39,904 nucleotides of DNA. It comes from Acidimicrobiia bacterium. Its GTDB lineage: Bacteria; Actinomycetota; Acidimicrobiia; Spongiisociales; ZC4RG35. Numbering within the stretch: position 1 is the first letter of the stretch; every line of letters starts with the position of its first letter. Under the pieces are notes generated by a model that saw only the letters and a list, made by a program, of their open reading frames with translations, did not search any database and was not told where the DNA came from. The stretch is from positions 1-39,904 of the forward strand of contig JASFVB010000003.1 in assembly GCA_050050035.1 (NCBI GenBank), read 5' to 3'. Made by a program: the position numbers and the translations under genes. Below, piece after piece: positions 37,281 through 39,904 of this stretch.

Positions 37281-39200
37281 CTAGGCCTCTTCGTTCCATC
37301 CGAAGAGGTATGTGCTTCCGGTCACGATGACGACACCCGCAGCCAGGAGCATGAACCCGAGCTTCACCAGCGGGTCGCTCTCGATGCCGGTGAACGGCAG
37401 GGTGTCCGGCGTGGAGCAGGTCTCGATCGTCACCGAGCCCGTCGTATCGAAACCGGCCGGGAACTCGAAACCCTCACTCGGCGTCGCCGACCAGTTGTAG
37501 ACGGCTCCCTCTGGGACGGTCACAGACCCATCATCGGAGAACGTGCCGACTATGTCGCCGTCGGAATCGGTGACAACCACCGTGGCACCGCCGGCGACGG
37601 ACACCGTCACCGAGATGACGCCCTCGCCGTCGTCGCCGTCAACCACGCATGTGCCTCCGACCGTCACGACGATCGCAGCGCCTACAACGTCTTCGATCTG
37701 GTTGGTGAACGTGCAAGTCACGACCTCGTCGGCCGAGACATCGATGTTCGCCGGGTCTGAGCCGTCATCGCACACCGCACTGACCAGGGTCCATCCGGTC
37801 GGGACCGTCTCACTCACCGAGTAGCCGTCGCCGACCGCCACGGCACCCGACGAGCTCGACTGGCCGTGCGCCAACGTGTTGTCCCCGAGTGTGAATCCGG
37901 TCGTGTTGAACGTGAACTCGAAGACCTGACTCCCCTCCCCGAGGACGATCTTCTCGACGATGATCTCACCCGACTCCTCAGGCGGGGTGCAGTCCTCGAT
38001 ATCGATGTCACCAGACGTGGTGCCCGACAGTATGAAACCGTCCGAAGCGGTCGCCTCCCACGAGTAGGAGGCGTTCTGGGGCACGTTGACGGAGCCGTCC
38101 TGAGTGAAGGTCGCAATGACGCCATCGGCGTCGGAGACATCCACAGTCGCGGCATCGTCAACTGAGATCTGCACTGAGATCTCGCCAACGCCCACGTCTT
38201 GCTGGACCACGCAGACACCGGCGACACTCACCGTCACGTCGCACGGATCGATCGTGAACTGCCCTTCGTCGGGCTCGGCGTTGTCGAACCCGTCAGCAGC
38301 CTCGGCATCCCAGTAGTACGTCCCTGGAGCGAGTGAGAAGGAGCCTCCGCTGCTGGTCGACAGGACGTCGTCGGTCATTGCCGCATCCGAGTAGATCGTG
38401 ACCGTTGCGCCCGAGGTCGGATCGACAGTCACCTGGACCGTGCCGGCGGGCACACCCTGATCATCGACCGCGCAGACTCCCGCATCGACTGTGACGGTCG
38501 TCGTGCAGTCGTCGATCGTGACCGAACCGCTGCCAGGGCCATCCAGTTGGTAGCCATCCGCCGGTGTGGCCGTCCAGTAGTACGTGCCCGGGGAGAGGTC
38601 GTCGAGTGTCGTCGAAGACGAAGTCGACCCGACCAGATTGGACATGCCTGCATCGCTGTAGACGTCCACCGTTGCGCCCGAGCCCGGGACAATGGTGATA
38701 TCGATCGAGCCGGTCGGCGCCCCGGCGTCGTTCACGTCGCACGAGCTACCGACGAGTGTGACCGCCACATCCTGTGGTGGCTGGGTGCATGCATCCTGGG
38801 TCGCGTTCACCGTGAACGACCACTCACCCTGCTGCCAGTTCGGTGAGAACGAGCCGTCCGACCCGAGGTCATGCACCGGCTGGGCGTTGTCGTCGTAGGC
38901 GTCGACCACCACCTGGAGGGTGTGCGATTGGCTGTCGTCCCACGAGCCGGAGTTGCTGTAGGACGTCCAGTTCGTGTCATTGTCGACGACCTGGCCGTCA
39001 ACGGTGACCGTTATGTCGGCGCCCTGGAAATACGCGGTCAGATTGACCGACCATCCGTCACAACCCCATGAGACGGTTCCTTGGTGCGCCCAAGCCGGAG
39101 CGGCGACGATTGCCATGAATGACAGCAGCATCGCCACTGCGGAGATCAACGCGAGTGCGCGTCGTGAGACCTCACCGCGAATAGTCGTGGCGAAGCTCAT
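37281..39200 (-). CDS. Secreted acidic surface protein with Ig-like repeats, one SpaA/CnaB-like domain and an LPXTG-type (LPFTG) sorting signal
   Basis: Signal peptide ending APAWA, four ~85-aa Cys-bracketed repeats, GEIIVEK...YSVSE...CTFTN domain, LPFTG followed by a TM helix. Confidence 0.85.
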   Translation of the reverse strand: MSFATTIRGEVSRRALALISAVAMLLSFMAIVAAPAWAHQGTVSWGCDGWSVNLTAYFQGADITVTVDGQVVDNDTNWTSYSNSGSWDDSQSHTLQVVVDAYDDNAQPVHDLGSDGSFSPNWQQGEWSFTVNATQDACTQPPQDVAVTLVGSSCDVNDAGAPTGSIDITIVPGSGATVDVYSDAGMSNLVGSTSSSTTLDDLSPGTYYWTATPADGYQLDGPGSGSVTIDDCTTTVTVDAGVCAVDDQGVPAGTVQVTVDPTSGATVTIYSDAAMTDDVLSTSSGGSFSLAPGTYYWDAEAADGFDNAEPDEGQFTIDPCDVTVSVAGVCVVQQDVGVGEISVQISVDDAATVDVSDADGVIATFTQDGSVNVPQNASYSWEATASDGFILSGTTSGDIDIEDCTPPEESGEIIVEKIVLGEGSQVFEFTFNTTGFTLGDNTLAHGQSSSSGAVAVGDGYSVSETVPTGWTLVSAVCDDGSDPANIDVSADEVVTCTFTNQIEDVVGAAIVVTVGGTCVVDGDDGEGVISVTVSVAGGATVVVTDSDGDIVGTFSDDGSVTVPEGAVYNWSATPSEGFEFPAGFDTTGSVTIETCSTPDTLPFTGIESDPLVKLGFMLLAAGVVIVTGSTYLFGWNEEA

Positions 39201-39303
39201 GCTTCACCCCCCAGAGCCTTGGCGAACCGTGATGCCCACCGCAGCACGGCGCCTGAACGCCAGTCCAGCCTCTTCATTTGGCCTATCCCTTCAATCGTTG
39301 GGA

Positions 39304-39375
39304 CAGGTCGGTCTCACCACTGGCTCAACCGGACCGAGGTGACCGTTTTGCAGGTCCGGTTTCCTTGCCTCCCTA
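39304..39375 (-). ncRNA. c-di-GMP-II-like riboswitch aptamer (GAG variant)
   Basis: Minus strand UAGGGAGGCAAGGAAACCGGACCUGCAAAACGGUCACCUCGGUCCGGUUGAGCCAGUGGUGAGACCGACCUG: closing stem UAGG/CCUG, GGC/GCC, kink-turn-like loop, ACCGGACC/GGUCCGGU stem, pseudoknot GGUCACC with GGUGA(G)ACC. Confidence 0.8.
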
Positions 39376-39422
39376 TTTCCCCATGGATGGGTTAACCACC
39401 CACTGTGGTTCCTTGCCACACA

Positions 39423-39450
39423 GTGTTACCACGGTGTGGCCCGGTGTCAA
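39423..39450 (-). promoter_or_regulatory. Putative sigma70 promoter for the riboswitch leader
   Basis: Perfect TTGACA at 39450-39445 followed after 16 nt by an imperfect TAACAC. Confidence 0.4.
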
Positions 39451-39531
39451 TCAAATCGTCGACGGCGCGAAGCTACAACAAACCAGTCGGCGATGTAGTG
39501 CAGAATGGTGGGTCAGACGACCCAAATGAGA

Positions 39532-39904
39532 TCAGGCCGACCTCTCGGTGGGCTCTTCGATGGGCTCGTTGGGCACCAGGGTCGGGTTGACCTTCTTCTC
39601 CACGACGTCCCTGTCGATCATGACCCTCTCGACGTCGTCCCGGCCGGGGAGGTCGTACATCGTGTTGAGAAGGACCTCTTCCATGATGGCCCGCAATCCC
39701 CTGGCTCCCGTCGAACGCTTGATCGCCTGTTCGGCGATTGCCTCGAGCGAGTCCGGCGTGAAGATGAGCTCTACGTCGTCCATCTCGAACATCCGTGCGT
39801 ACTGCTTGGTCAGAGCGTTCTTCGGCTCGGTGAGAATCCGGATCAGTGCGTCCTGGTCGAGGTCCTCGACGGTGGCAGTCACCGGCAGACGTCCTATGAA
39901 CTCG
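39532..39904 (-). CDS. clpX: ATP-dependent Clp protease ATP-binding subunit ClpX (C-terminal part, truncated by window edge)
   Basis: [37 protein letters not shown]. Confidence 0.96.
   Translation of the reverse strand, partial: EFIGRLPVTATVEDLDQDALIRILTEPKNALTKQYARMFEMDDVELIFTPDSLEAIAEQAIKRSTGARGLRAIMEEVLLNTMYDLPGRDDVERVMIDRDVVEKKVNPTLVPNEPIEEPTERSA

Overview
High-GC chromosomal window, most likely from an actinobacterium of the Acidimicrobiia type (inferred from gene order and protein style). The right half is the conserved minus-strand backbone clpX-folC-ndk-mreBCD-mrdA-rodA-tdk-rne-rplU-rpmA-obgE, which resumes later with nadD-rsfS and tRNA-Ala(GGC). It is interrupted by accessory blocks: K+ transporters (kup, trkAH), a MoxR/VWA pair with a response regulator and an orphan molybdoenzyme large subunit, MFS/TM2/GNAT genes and a tandem gap pair. 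The left end carries sucrose phosphorylase, hydrolases, a ClC transporter, two 2TM-domain genes and a WYL regulator. I saw no mobile element or CRISPR array. Best leads: (1) an intact but catalytically dead GAPDH paralogue translationally coupled to the real gap gene; (2) a c-di-GMP-II-like riboswitch with a GAG variant, upstream of an LPFTG surface protein built from Cys-bracketed Ig-like repeats; (3) a 59-aa ORF missed by the ORF track, divergent from the WYL regulator across a palindromic operator; (4) a shared DosR/OsdR-like box before both 2TM genes; (5) a sigma28/WhiG-type promoter for a stand-alone response regulator. All calls come from reading the sequence by eye; no searches were run.
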